From positions 1 to 38,191 of the IMG/VR virus record IMGVR_UViG_2778261499_000008: a DNA stretch of 38,191 nt; one strand, 5' to 3'. The first letter of the stretch is position 1, and each line of letters opens with the position of its first letter. The position numbers were made by a program, and so were the translations under genes. This DNA is from a virus (taxonomy: Duplodnaviria; Heunggongvirae; Uroviricota; Caudoviricetes). The notes below the pieces were generated by a model that saw only the letters and a list, made by a program, of their open reading frames with translations, made no database searches and was not told the origin of the DNA. This document shows positions 8,940-18,062 of this stretch, in pieces.

Positions 8940-9817
8940 GCCATCTGAGCCATCTGCGAACGTTTCTTGAGGCCTATCGCTCTGGCTCCTTTTCAAAGGC
9001 GGCAGAACTACTGGGCATCACTCAGCCCGCGGCGTCACAGCATATCCAGTCTCTTGAGACTCTGGTTGGTAAGCGTCTGTTTATCAGGCAGGCCAGAGGC
9101 GTGACGGCAACCGAAGCTGCGGATGAGCTTGCCCGCTCAGTTTCACCCTTCATTGATGGTCTGGAAGAAAAGCTGTCCTCTTTCCGGTCAGGCTCTGTAC
9201 GCGGGGGAACAATTAATCTGGCAGGACCGCCAGATTTTATTCATTCCCGGCTTGGGACAGTAATGGCTCCACTAATGAAGGAGGGGTATCGCCTACGCTT
9301 TCATACCGGCAATAAGCAACGTATTTATTCCCTTTTGCATGACGGGAGCGTCGATCTCGCTGTTACCGCATCTATGCCTGATGACCGTCTGTACGGCTAT
9401 GCACATCTACTGACTGAACGCATGCTCCTTGTTCATGCTCCCGCCATGTCAGAGATCATCGGATCAGAACCTGGTGCTGAAACGCTTGCCTCATTACCGC
9501 TGATTGCTTATGACGAAGAGTTGCCACTGATTAGAGCGCTCTGGGCCTCCATGTTTCAGAGAGCCCCTGAGATGCAGGCTACATTCACCATTCCGGATTT
9601 ACGTATTATCCGCGACTTGGTCTGTGACGGCCACGGGTGGACAGTGCTGCCGGATTATCACTGTGACAATGACCTGAAAAGTGGTCGCCTGATTTCAGTG
9701 ACACCTGCAGACCTCGCTCCGACTAATCATCTTTATCTGGTCTGGAACAAAAGGACGGCTAATAACAGCCGAACCGCCTATGTTCGGGATTACATTCTTA
9801 AAACGTTTCCGCGTTGA
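8936..9817 (+). CDS. LysR-family transcriptional regulator
   Basis: 293 aa; N-terminal HTH LRTFLEAYRSGSFSKAAELLGITQPAASQHIQSLE typical of LysR regulators, C-terminal substrate-binding region; start overlaps the ChaC-like stop (ATGA). Confidence 0.85.
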   Translation: MSHLSHLRTFLEAYRSGSFSKAAELLGITQPAASQHIQSLETLVGKRLFIRQARGVTATEAADELARSVSPFIDGLEEKLSSFRSGSVRGGTINLAGPPDFIHSRLGTVMAPLMKEGYRLRFHTGNKQRIYSLLHDGSVDLAVTASMPDDRLYGYAHLLTERMLLVHAPAMSEIIGSEPGAETLASLPLIAYDEELPLIRALWASMFQRAPEMQATFTIPDLRIIRDLVCDGHGWTVLPDYHCDNDLKSGRLISVTPADLAPTNHLYLVWNKRTANNSRTAYVRDYILKTFPR

Positions 9818-9947
9818 TGTTTGAAACGGATGATTGGCGATGCGTATCATAAGTTACGTATGTCCGCTTCTGGCACAAAGCAGACGCCCACTCTCACGCG
9901 AATGCTTTGCCCTTGACTTGCCAACAACCGTATCGCTTGCTCCGCAA

Positions 9948-11240
9948 CTATGGTTTTTTATTAGAATCTTCGCCACTAAATAAATTATAATAAATTGATT
10001 TTATTAGATATCTGTCAGAATCTATATGGTCAGCACGAGTAGCATGCTCTAATGTTTCAAATGCTAGGGTTTGTGCGGCTTCAGCAAAAATTCCAGGCCA
10101 ACCCTTACTCAGCATCGACAGTCCTTTAAGTACCCTTATCTGAATTTCCCTCATACTGGCACCATCGCGCGCAACAGGTGAGAAAAAGTCTTCAAGTAGA
10201 TCGTTATTCTGAAGTGGTGCAACATGTACAGAAGGATATTTCACTTCTATTTCATCAGATTTATTCTGCGCGTAAGCGGAAAGTATACGTACACCTCTGC
10301 CAATGACATCAATGGCGGTTCCAGGATCGTTCACTGCGGGGGAAAGGGCTCGGCAGGCTATTTCGGCCATGACGCTAAGACAAAATCGGGGGTCCTGAGC
10401 AAATGAACGTACATCCGAGACAATAATCGTCTCAAGTAAATCGGTGCTGATTGATGACTCCTGGCCCTGACTCAGGTACAAAACTGGCGTGGACGGATGT
10501 ATGAAACTGCCCGGCTGCGCCACGAGGTATACATGACGGGGATCATTGGTCAGCAGCTTGCTGAGTTTCACCATATCAACATATTCAACATAGCCAATCT
10601 TTTTCGGATAAACTGCAACCGTTCCTTTCGGCTGTTCATTGTTCTCAAGCCATGGATATCCGCCGAGACAGGGATTTCTTGCTCTCGCAATAAATGTTTC
10701 GATGGCCGCCTGTTCTACTTTTGCCGTTGTCTCACCAACCCTCCCCAGAGAGGTCAAATGCTGTATCCAGCGAAGCAATGTGATGAGGATTAAGGCAATG
10801 ACAACCAGTGTTACAATGAATAAAATGACTCTCCCCCTTTCTCCATAAGCTCCCATATTGAGGGCAATAATCCCTACCAGACTGAAGAGAAAAGAACCGA
10901 TGAAGGTGGCCAGTACATTTTGTGTGGTGACGTCTTCAACAACTAAACGAGTAGCTCTGGGAGTCACATTAGTAGTGGCTGAACCGTAGGCTGTGACCAT
11001 GATGCTCAGCGAAAATGTGGTCACTGCCAGCATACTCGATGCCAGTATGTTCAGAATGTTATCGACTGCTTCCGCACCAACCTTCACGGAAACCGACTCA
11101 GGTATCATTGATTTAAAAAGAATTGATAAAAGGGCCGTTATTATTGCGACAATTGCGAATAACGTTGCCCTGAACCATAGTTTTTTAAATGTCTGCTTCA
11201 GCATCCATTTCCAGCGTGAAATCATTCTGCATTCCCTCAT
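9948..11240 (-). CDS. Integral membrane protein of unknown function (possibly DUF2254-like)
   Basis: 430 aa; N-terminal third contains several predicted TM helices, followed by a soluble domain; AT-rich codon usage. Family assignment is from memory of architecture only. True start may be an internal Met a few codons downstream. Confidence 0.4.
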   Translation of the reverse strand: MRECRMISRWKWMLKQTFKKLWFRATLFAIVAIITALLSILFKSMIPESVSVKVGAEAVDNILNILASSMLAVTTFSLSIMVTAYGSATTNVTPRATRLVVEDVTTQNVLATFIGSFLFSLVGIIALNMGAYGERGRVILFIVTLVVIALILITLLRWIQHLTSLGRVGETTAKVEQAAIETFIARARNPCLGGYPWLENNEQPKGTVAVYPKKIGYVEYVDMVKLSKLLTNDPRHVYLVAQPGSFIHPSTPVLYLSQGQESSISTDLLETIIVSDVRSFAQDPRFCLSVMAEIACRALSPAVNDPGTAIDVIGRGVRILSAYAQNKSDEIEVKYPSVHVAPLQNNDLLEDFFSPVARDGASMREIQIRVLKGLSMLSKGWPGIFAEAAQTLAFETLEHATRADHIDSDRYLIKSIYYNLFSGEDSNKKP

Positions 11241-11249
11241 ATTGCAGCC

Positions 11250-11281
11250 GGGATAAATAAATGCCGCCTCTGTGGCGGCAT
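11250..11281 (-). terminator. Rho-independent terminator downstream of the BCCT transporter gene
   Basis: Hairpin ATGCCGCC-N5-GGCGGCAT followed on the minus strand by TTATTTATCC, immediately 3' of the BCCT stop. Confidence 0.6.
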
Positions 11282-11288
11282 GTTGCTG

Positions 11289-13292
11289 TTAACGAACCAG
11301 ATGCAGGAAGTGCAGGTGTTTTTCGTACTGGTCCAGTATGTCATTAATCAGCTGTTCCTGATTCCAGCCCATTACATCATAATTTTGGCCGCCCTCTTTG
11401 AGATAGACTTCAGCGCGATAATATCGATGTTGTTCACTCTGCTGCTCATCATTATCCAGCGCAGCGAGCGCGAAGGTCGGTGAGTTATACCCGCGAAGTC
11501 TCACTTCATATATATAATTCAGCTCGTTGCCCAAATCGACTTCAAGGCGAATACGATCCTCGGCGGCGTCACTGATGTGGCTTATCGTTCCCTGCTTGTT
11601 AAGTTCCTCCTGAACCAGCGTCATGGCGGGTTGGATAATGTCGTCCATAAAACGTTTCACAAGAGAGCGCTTCGGCAAATACGCGATATTGCGTAACCTT
11701 CTCTGCCAGGGAATTGGGTTACGTGCAGCCGTAGGAGCAATAGTCGCCATGCTAAGGCTTTCACGCTTGGTCAAATCCCGACGCAGGGCTTTTAACAGTC
11801 CGTATATGGATATTAATAAGATAACTGAGAAGGGCAATGCACTCGCTATCGTTACGGTTTGCAACGCACTCAGCCCCCCTGCGATCAGCAGGGCAATAGC
11901 AACAACGCCCATGAGCGATGCCCAGAAAATTCGCTGCCAGACGGGCGTGTTTGCCACCCCACCTGATGCCAGAGTATCCACAACCATTGCCCCCGAATCA
12001 GCAGACGTTACAAAGAAGACGATGACCATCGCCATTGCAATGAATGACAGCACGGAAGAGAACGGGAAATGCTCCAGGAAATTAAACAGGGCAAGCGCAA
12101 CATCCTGCTGAACGGTATTGGCGAGGTCAGTGGCGCCCTGGTTCATGATGAGATAGATGGCGCTGTTTCCAAACACCGTCATCCACATGAGCGTAAAGCC
12201 GGCGGGAACAAACAACACGCCAGTCACGAACTCACGAATTGTCCTGCCGCGGGAAACGCGTGCAATGAACATACCTACAAACGGCGACCATGAAAGCCAC
12301 CATCCCCAGTATAATAATGTCCAGCCCCCCAGCCAGTTGCTCGACTTGGGTTCATACGCGTAAAGGTTGAACGTTTTACTCACCAGTTCCGACAGATAAC
12401 CACCCGTATTTTCCACAAATGACTTCAGCAGAAGCACAGTGGGACCCAGGCACAAGACCAGCGCCAGGAGCAACACCGCCAGGCCCAGATTAAGCTCAGA
12501 CAGGATGCGTATTCCCTTGTCCAGGCCGGACACCACCGAAATCGTCGCTAACCCCGTGATGACCACGATCAAAATGACCTGTACCGTTTCATTGATGGGC
12601 ACGCCGAAAAGATGGTTCAAACCGGCATTCACCTGCAATACACCGTAACCCAGCGATGTTGCAACGCCAAAGACAGTGCCTATCACGGCGAAGATATCAA
12701 CCGCGTGGCCTATAGGCCCGTAAATGCGATCGCCGATAATGGGATAGAGCGCAGAACGCAGCGTTAAAGGCAGACCGTGACGGTAACTGAAAAAGGCCAG
12801 AATCAGCGCCACGATGGCATAAATTGCCCATGCGTGCAGACCCCAGTGGAAGAACGTCAGGCGCATGGCTTCCTTCGCTGCCGCAACGGTCTCTGGAGTG
12901 CCGACAGGTGGCGAAAGATAATGCATCACAGGTTCGGCAACGCCAAAGAACATCAGGCCGATCCCCATCCCTGCCGAAAAAAGCATCGCGAACCAGGAGT
13001 GGTAGCTGAAATCAGGCTGCGCATGGTCTGGGCCCAGCTTTATATCACCGTAACGTGAGAGTCCAAGGAACGTGACGCTCAGTAAAATCAGGGCCACAGC
13101 AAGTATGTAGAACCAGCTGGCATTCGTGAAGATTTGTTGCTGAAGTAGTTTAAAATTTTTGTCGGCGACATCCGGGAATACGGCGGCAAAGGCGACAAGA
13201 AGGAAAATTAGCAAAGCAGATGTAAAGAATACCGCTTTGTTAATCTGGCTTGTAGACTTCTTTGGGGTTGTATCATTTTCACTCATAATCAT
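11289..13292 (-). CDS. BCCT-family transporter, BetT-like (choline/betaine/carnitine type) with long cytoplasmic C-terminal tail
   Basis: 667 aa; contains the BCCT signature region ...WTLLYWGWWLSWSPFVGMFIARVSRGRTIREF...; overall length and C-terminal extension resemble BetT. Confidence 0.85.
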   Translation of the reverse strand: MIMSENDTTPKKSTSQINKAVFFTSALLIFLLVAFAAVFPDVADKNFKLLQQQIFTNASWFYILAVALILLSVTFLGLSRYGDIKLGPDHAQPDFSYHSWFAMLFSAGMGIGLMFFGVAEPVMHYLSPPVGTPETVAAAKEAMRLTFFHWGLHAWAIYAIVALILAFFSYRHGLPLTLRSALYPIIGDRIYGPIGHAVDIFAVIGTVFGVATSLGYGVLQVNAGLNHLFGVPINETVQVILIVVITGLATISVVSGLDKGIRILSELNLGLAVLLLALVLCLGPTVLLLKSFVENTGGYLSELVSKTFNLYAYEPKSSNWLGGWTLLYWGWWLSWSPFVGMFIARVSRGRTIREFVTGVLFVPAGFTLMWMTVFGNSAIYLIMNQGATDLANTVQQDVALALFNFLEHFPFSSVLSFIAMAMVIVFFVTSADSGAMVVDTLASGGVANTPVWQRIFWASLMGVVAIALLIAGGLSALQTVTIASALPFSVILLISIYGLLKALRRDLTKRESLSMATIAPTAARNPIPWQRRLRNIAYLPKRSLVKRFMDDIIQPAMTLVQEELNKQGTISHISDAAEDRIRLEVDLGNELNYIYEVRLRGYNSPTFALAALDNDEQQSEQHRYYRAEVYLKEGGQNYDVMGWNQEQLINDILDQYEKHLHFLHLVR

Positions 13293-13619
13293 TTATTCCA
13301 TTAATTAAATCCGCACTGGATAGAAGGTACTACCTCTCACAGAGTAGCAAAGTTCAACTGGCTATGCGGGGTTAATCGGAATGCATGGTGGAATGAGTGC
13401 CGATACAAATCATCCTATATTCTAAGGAGTTTTAAGTTACTCAGCCTGCCAATTACTGGGGCATTTAATTTGTATGATCTGTATCAAAGCTGGGATATAA
13501 GTTAAGTGAAGTATATTAGGCACGAATTACCAGCGTCTGCTCTTGGCACAGAGCGGACTGTCAGATTAGGCTTTACTCTGTGCCATAGATATGTAAGCTC
13601 ACACCAGAGTTCATACAAC

Positions 13620-14147
13620 TTATTGCGGCATTTCCGGCCATTCAGGATTTGCAGGATCCACACGACTGACCACAACGCTGTAGCGTTCCCAAGCCTCCAG
13701 CCGTGTGCGCTCCTCCTCTGTTGCCATGTTCAGCCTGACAGCACGCTCTAGCGGCAAAATCACGGATTCAGCATCTGCAAGAAGTCTGGCTTTCCGGTTT
13801 TCTGCCTGCAGTTGCAATTCCTCTGCCGTATAAATTCGTTTGATCACTGTGCCATCCTTAAACATCCAGTTCCCTGAAATGTCCGCCCGTCGGTTAGCAG
13901 TAATATCCGCCACTTCAACAACACTTAATCCATCCGGTCTGATAGCTGTCACATCCTTTTCCACATAGCGGATGATATTATCTTTGTCGTACGCTATTTT
14001 TATCGTGTCATCAGCAAAATACTTTTGTTCTTCGTACCAGTTCTTACCATCTTCTGAAAAAAACCAGACAACATCAAAGTTCTTTGTCAATTGATATTGT
14101 TCAACCGTTTTTGGATTACCCGCCGTAATATTTTTTAAATGCTGCAT
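13620..14147 (-). CDS. G: Tail fibre assembly chaperone gpG
   Basis: 175 aa, P2 gpG length, immediately downstream of the tail fibre gene H. Confidence 0.85.
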   Translation of the reverse strand: MQHLKNITAGNPKTVEQYQLTKNFDVVWFFSEDGKNWYEEQKYFADDTIKIAYDKDNIIRYVEKDVTAIRPDGLSVVEVADITANRRADISGNWMFKDGTVIKRIYTAEELQLQAENRKARLLADAESVILPLERAVRLNMATEEERTRLEAWERYSVVVSRVDPANPEWPEMPQ

Positions 14148-14150
14148 AAA

Positions 14151-16268
14151 TTATACCTGCGCCACGTTATACCATGTCCCGTTAATGTATTTCTGCACCG
14201 GCCTGTAATATACGCCACCAATGTTATCGGCAGAGTTTGAGCCGGTATCCTGAACAATAATGCCGGTATATACGCAACCTGACGGAGCCTGATGCGTCCA
14301 TGTAGTACCATTATTTGCTGGTTTATATGTAGATGCACCGCCCAGTCGCATGTCTCTCACATAACGTGAATCTGACTCAGCTTTGGTGTATGCACCAACA
14401 TCTCCCGCTGAGGGTTTATGAGCAGTTGTATATAGTTGCGCCCATCCAGACCAGTTAGCATCTGTGGTATCTCGTCGGGAGCGAATATATGCCGGAGCAT
14501 GAGCACCGCTGGTTCCACTCCAGCCAATAAGTAACTCACCCTCTCCTACTGCGGTTACGCCAGTGAGATGAAGCACATTACCATAGGCTGTTGGGTAGCC
14601 ATTGTTGTATGCCTCATACATCTGAATACCTGGTGTACCCTTTGAGCTCCCACCTAATGCAGTAACACGGTTTCTGGATACCAGTGTATTAATATTTATA
14701 TCGGCAGAACCATCAAATCTGACACCATTAATATTTCTTGCATTCGCTAACTTCGTTGCTGTTGCAGCATTTCCTGAAAGGCTGGAAATAAATGGATGTG
14801 AGCAGTAATAACCGCGCCCATTTTTAAAATCCAGAATAGCCTGTGCGTTCGTGCTTTCTGTAGCGGGATTAGTTGCCCCCCACTTATATGTCGTTTGACC
14901 GACGACATAATCCTCTGTCGGAACAATAACCGTTAGCCCTTCCTCTGCAAGAATTTGTACAGGGAAAGCTCTGGCTTCAACATAAAAAACACTACATACA
15001 TCATCATCTTTCAGGCTTGTAACAATGGAATGGATTGAACGCTCATTAGTCTGATACGTCCAGAAATAACCTGCCGCATATGAACCACGATCGGTCCAGC
15101 CTCCGGGCATAACCATGCCATTAAACTCGCAGTTATTCATTACATAATCGCCGTTATAACAACCAGTTGAAATAACGACGCGGGATGCCATTTCTCCTGA
15201 AAGGCTGGCAGCACGGCGAAAGATAACGGGATACCACTTCCCGGCAACGACATTTGCAGGGGCTGCAAACGAATACTTTCGCATTCCCTTTTTCTTATCC
15301 ACTTCACCTTTGCTGTAAACATTAATGTTACTCAGGAAGCGTCCTTTATCAGGAATATCCGCACCGTTCTGATCTTTCTGAAGACGTTTTTCAGCATTGT
15401 CATAGGCAGACTTCACCGCTTTTGGTGTTGCAGCCAGCGTTTCAGAATCACTGTTGGTGGCGCTACTGAGCTGGACAAGACCTTTTCGCGCTGTGGTGGC
15501 ATCCTGTGCAGTGTATTTCCCGTTAGCAAGGTCATACGCTGTCTTAACCGCCTTTGGCGTTGCCGCAAGCGTTTCAGAATCGCTGTTGGTGGCGCTACTG
15601 AGCTGGACAAGGCCTTTTCGCGCGGTGGTGGCGTCCTGTGCAGTGTATTTCCCGTTAGCAAGGTCATATGCTGCTTTTACCGCTTTTGGTGTTGCGGCGA
15701 GTGTTTCAGACGTGCTGTTGGTCGCACTGCTTAACTGAGTAAAACCTTTGGCGGTCAGCGAGGCGTCCGGGTGACGTCGTGACTGTTCATGTTCTGCAAT
15801 TTTGTCATCAACGTAATCCTGCGTTGCCATCACCGTTGTGGTGTCAATGGTCAGCGCCACTGAGGCCACACTGCTGACGATGATGACCATGCGGCAGGTC
15901 TGCGAACGCCCTGAGCCTTCGGCAAGAGCTGGCTTATAACTTTCAGCCATGTTCGCCACGGCAATTAACGTTCCAGCATCATCGTACAGGCCAAGCTCAC
16001 GCATCCAGAAACCGCCCACCTCCGGCGGAATAACCAGCTCTGCGATAATATAATTACTGTTTCGTTTGTCTTGGCTGATTTTGTTCAGCGCATGTCGCCA
16101 GACTTCGTGGATAAGCCCGGTCTGTCCGGCATCCGGGACAGGCAATTTACCACCGCCATCCCCGACGGCCATCGTGGTAATGTTGACCTTCCGCCCTCCC
16201 GGCGCGGTTGCCGCTGCCAGCTTTGCTGCACCAGCAGTGGTGATAACGGTTCTGAATTTTGTGCTCAT
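14151..16268 (-). CDS. H: Tail fibre protein gpH
   Basis: 705 aa; conserved P2 H N-terminus (MSTKFRTVIT...), internal tandem repeats of the SSATNS...AATPKAVK motif, divergent C-terminal receptor-binding region. Confidence 0.9.
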   Translation of the reverse strand: MSTKFRTVITTAGAAKLAAATAPGGRKVNITTMAVGDGGGKLPVPDAGQTGLIHEVWRHALNKISQDKRNSNYIIAELVIPPEVGGFWMRELGLYDDAGTLIAVANMAESYKPALAEGSGRSQTCRMVIIVSSVASVALTIDTTTVMATQDYVDDKIAEHEQSRRHPDASLTAKGFTQLSSATNSTSETLAATPKAVKAAYDLANGKYTAQDATTARKGLVQLSSATNSDSETLAATPKAVKTAYDLANGKYTAQDATTARKGLVQLSSATNSDSETLAATPKAVKSAYDNAEKRLQKDQNGADIPDKGRFLSNINVYSKGEVDKKKGMRKYSFAAPANVVAGKWYPVIFRRAASLSGEMASRVVISTGCYNGDYVMNNCEFNGMVMPGGWTDRGSYAAGYFWTYQTNERSIHSIVTSLKDDDVCSVFYVEARAFPVQILAEEGLTVIVPTEDYVVGQTTYKWGATNPATESTNAQAILDFKNGRGYYCSHPFISSLSGNAATATKLANARNINGVRFDGSADININTLVSRNRVTALGGSSKGTPGIQMYEAYNNGYPTAYGNVLHLTGVTAVGEGELLIGWSGTSGAHAPAYIRSRRDTTDANWSGWAQLYTTAHKPSAGDVGAYTKAESDSRYVRDMRLGGASTYKPANNGTTWTHQAPSGCVYTGIIVQDTGSNSADNIGGVYYRPVQKYINGTWYNVAQV
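15400..15790 (-). repeat. About three tandem copies of a ~132-bp in-frame repeat inside the tail fibre gene (approximate coordinates)
   Basis: DNA shows near-identical blocks (…ttcagaatcactgttggtggcgctactgagctggacaag… recurring); protein shows 44-aa units GLVQLSSATNSDSETLAATPKAVKxAYDLANGKYTAQDATTARK repeated. Confidence 0.8.
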
Positions 16269-16278
16269 TATTCCTCAC

Positions 16279-16809
16279 TTATCCGGGGTAAACCGTAATT
16301 ACATCGCCGTCATAAGCCACACCACCGGCGAACAGGTAGCCGGGAATGTCCCGGGTAATGTTCAGACCAATAAGGTGACGGCTTGCAGGTTTGGCATCAG
16401 CAATCAGCCGTTCCATTTCCTGATACATTGCCTCTGTGATACCGCTTTCCAGTACACCAATATCAAGGCGGAAGGTGCCGGGCGGGTCACTGTTTTCCCA
16501 CCACTCCGTCACGTTGATGAGATAGCCGAGCGGCTCCACCACACGCCGGATTGCGCCGATAGTGCCTTTATGACAGTGGATGAAATAGGCATCGCGGATA
16601 ACGGCGCGTTTTGTCGCTTCCGGCCACTTTTCATCCCACCTGTCGACCGAAAACGCCCACGCCAGCCACGGCAGCAGATTTGCCGGACAGGTATCCGGGT
16701 TCCACAGCTCACGAATACTGACCGGTGTCTTTTCAATTTCCGCACAGGCTTTTGCGGCGGCAACTTCAAGCGGTGATGAGCCGGTCGGCAGCAGTCGCGA
16801 ATCACTCAT
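16279..16809 (-). CDS. I: Baseplate assembly protein gpI
   Basis: 176 aa, P2 gpI length and position. Confidence 0.88.
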   Translation of the reverse strand: MSDSRLLPTGSSPLEVAAAKACAEIEKTPVSIRELWNPDTCPANLLPWLAWAFSVDRWDEKWPEATKRAVIRDAYFIHCHKGTIGAIRRVVEPLGYLINVTEWWENSDPPGTFRLDIGVLESGITEAMYQEMERLIADAKPASRHLIGLNITRDIPGYLFAGGVAYDGDVITVYPG

Positions 16810-17710
16810 CCGAGCCTCCGGTCACGACGCGGTATTCGGTACAGAAAGACGCCTGCGTATTGTTGAGCACGATGTCGGCCAGTGGTGCGGCCAGCTCGAC
16901 ACGCTGCACGCCTTCCACATGCAAAGCGGCATAAATGGCAGACAGACGGATGTCACGCCCCAGCCGGTGTTGTGCCGTGATGTACGCTTCCAGTTTTTTC
17001 ACGGCAGCAGCGCGGATGGGTTCGCTTTCGGGGCCAGGGTAAAGGTAAAGCGTGGCGTTTATCTGGTATTCAACGATGGCGGCAGACTGCACGGTCACGC
17101 GGTCGGCCACCGGTCTGACGTCCTCACCATTAAGGGCGTTGCGCACCACCGCCAGCAGGTCTTCGGATGCCACACCGTTATTTTCACGTGACAGCACAGA
17201 GATGGTGACGCAGGCCGGAGAAGGACTGGTGACAGAGATATCTGCGACACGCCCGTCGGCACTTCGACCATGATACTGATAGGCCCCCACCGACCCGGCG
17301 ACGCTTAAACCTTCAAACGCCTGCTGAATACGCAGACGATAATCGGTGTCAGATTCCATCACGGCCGGTGTCGGCGGGAGGGTCGAATCATCTGCCGGGG
17401 TGATAATCAGGCGTGTGGTGTTGTAATTGGCACCAATCACATCAAGGTCATTACCGGCGGCACAGGCCAGCATCACCGCCCGTGCAGCCTCATTCACACG
17501 CTGACGCCAGATAAGCTCACGATAAGCATTTTCCTCCAGCAGTTTGACGAGAGGCTCAGATTCCAGCGTCAGGGTACGGGCGACCGCCTCCTGCTGGTCT
17601 TCCGGGTAAAGGGAAATCAGTGTCGCCTTGCGTTCGGCAAGAATGGTTTCAAAGTCCAGCTCCTCGACCACATCCGGTGCGGGTAGCTGGTTCAGGTCGA
17701 TAATCGGCAT
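16802..17710 (-). CDS. J: Baseplate assembly protein gpJ
   Basis: 302 aa, P2 gpJ length; overlaps I start by 8 nt. Confidence 0.88.
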   Translation of the reverse strand: MPIIDLNQLPAPDVVEELDFETILAERKATLISLYPEDQQEAVARTLTLESEPLVKLLEENAYRELIWRQRVNEAARAVMLACAAGNDLDVIGANYNTTRLIITPADDSTLPPTPAVMESDTDYRLRIQQAFEGLSVAGSVGAYQYHGRSADGRVADISVTSPSPACVTISVLSRENNGVASEDLLAVVRNALNGEDVRPVADRVTVQSAAIVEYQINATLYLYPGPESEPIRAAAVKKLEAYITAQHRLGRDIRLSAIYAALHVEGVQRVELAAPLADIVLNNTQASFCTEYRVVTGGSDE

Positions 17711-17714
17711 GGTT

Positions 17715-18062
17715 TCAACTCACAGGGATGGTTAACGAAAGTGGCTGGCCGGTGTCGTTGTGCTGACCGGTTAACGTGACCGTCATTCGCCCGTCAAAAC
17801 TGCGCGCCGTGGTGACGGATGACAGGGTGACGCGGGGTTCCCATTTCAGCACGGCCATGTAACAGGCGACCTTAATCTGCAACTCAAGCGCCGGGGTCTG
17901 CGGCTGGTCAATCATTGACGCCAGCAACGAGCCGTAATCACGACGCATCACCCGTGAGCCGACCGGCGTGCGCAGGATATCGCCGATACTCTGGCTGATA
18001 TGCTCAAGGTCAGTGACAGTCAGGCCATCACTGCGATTCATTCCGAGATAACGCGCTGTCAT
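17715..18062 (-). CDS. W: Baseplate protein gpW (GPW/gp25 family)
   Basis: 115 aa, P2 gpW length; ATGA overlap with the V stop. Confidence 0.88.
   Translation of the reverse strand: MTARYLGMNRSDGLTVTDLEHISQSIGDILRTPVGSRVMRRDYGSLLASMIDQPQTPALELQIKVACYMAVLKWEPRVTLSSVTTARSFDGRMTVTLTGQHNDTGQPLSLTIPVS

Noticed and set aside
13545-13584. Inverted repeat GGCACAGAG ... CTCTGTGCC downstream of G as a terminator
   Set aside because: The loop is about 22 nt and there is no T-tract on the relevant strand; too weak to call.
6604-13619. Possibility that this segment marks the prophage boundary with host chromosome
   Set aside because: The phage genes on both sides (G above, FI below) are adjacent modules of the same late region in P2 order and orientation, so the segment is internal to the prophage, not flanking it.
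15400-15790. Possible CRISPR array suggested by regularly spaced repeats
   Set aside because: The repeats are about 132 bp, contiguous, in frame inside the tail fibre ORF and encode a repeated peptide; there is no short repeat/unique spacer alternation.
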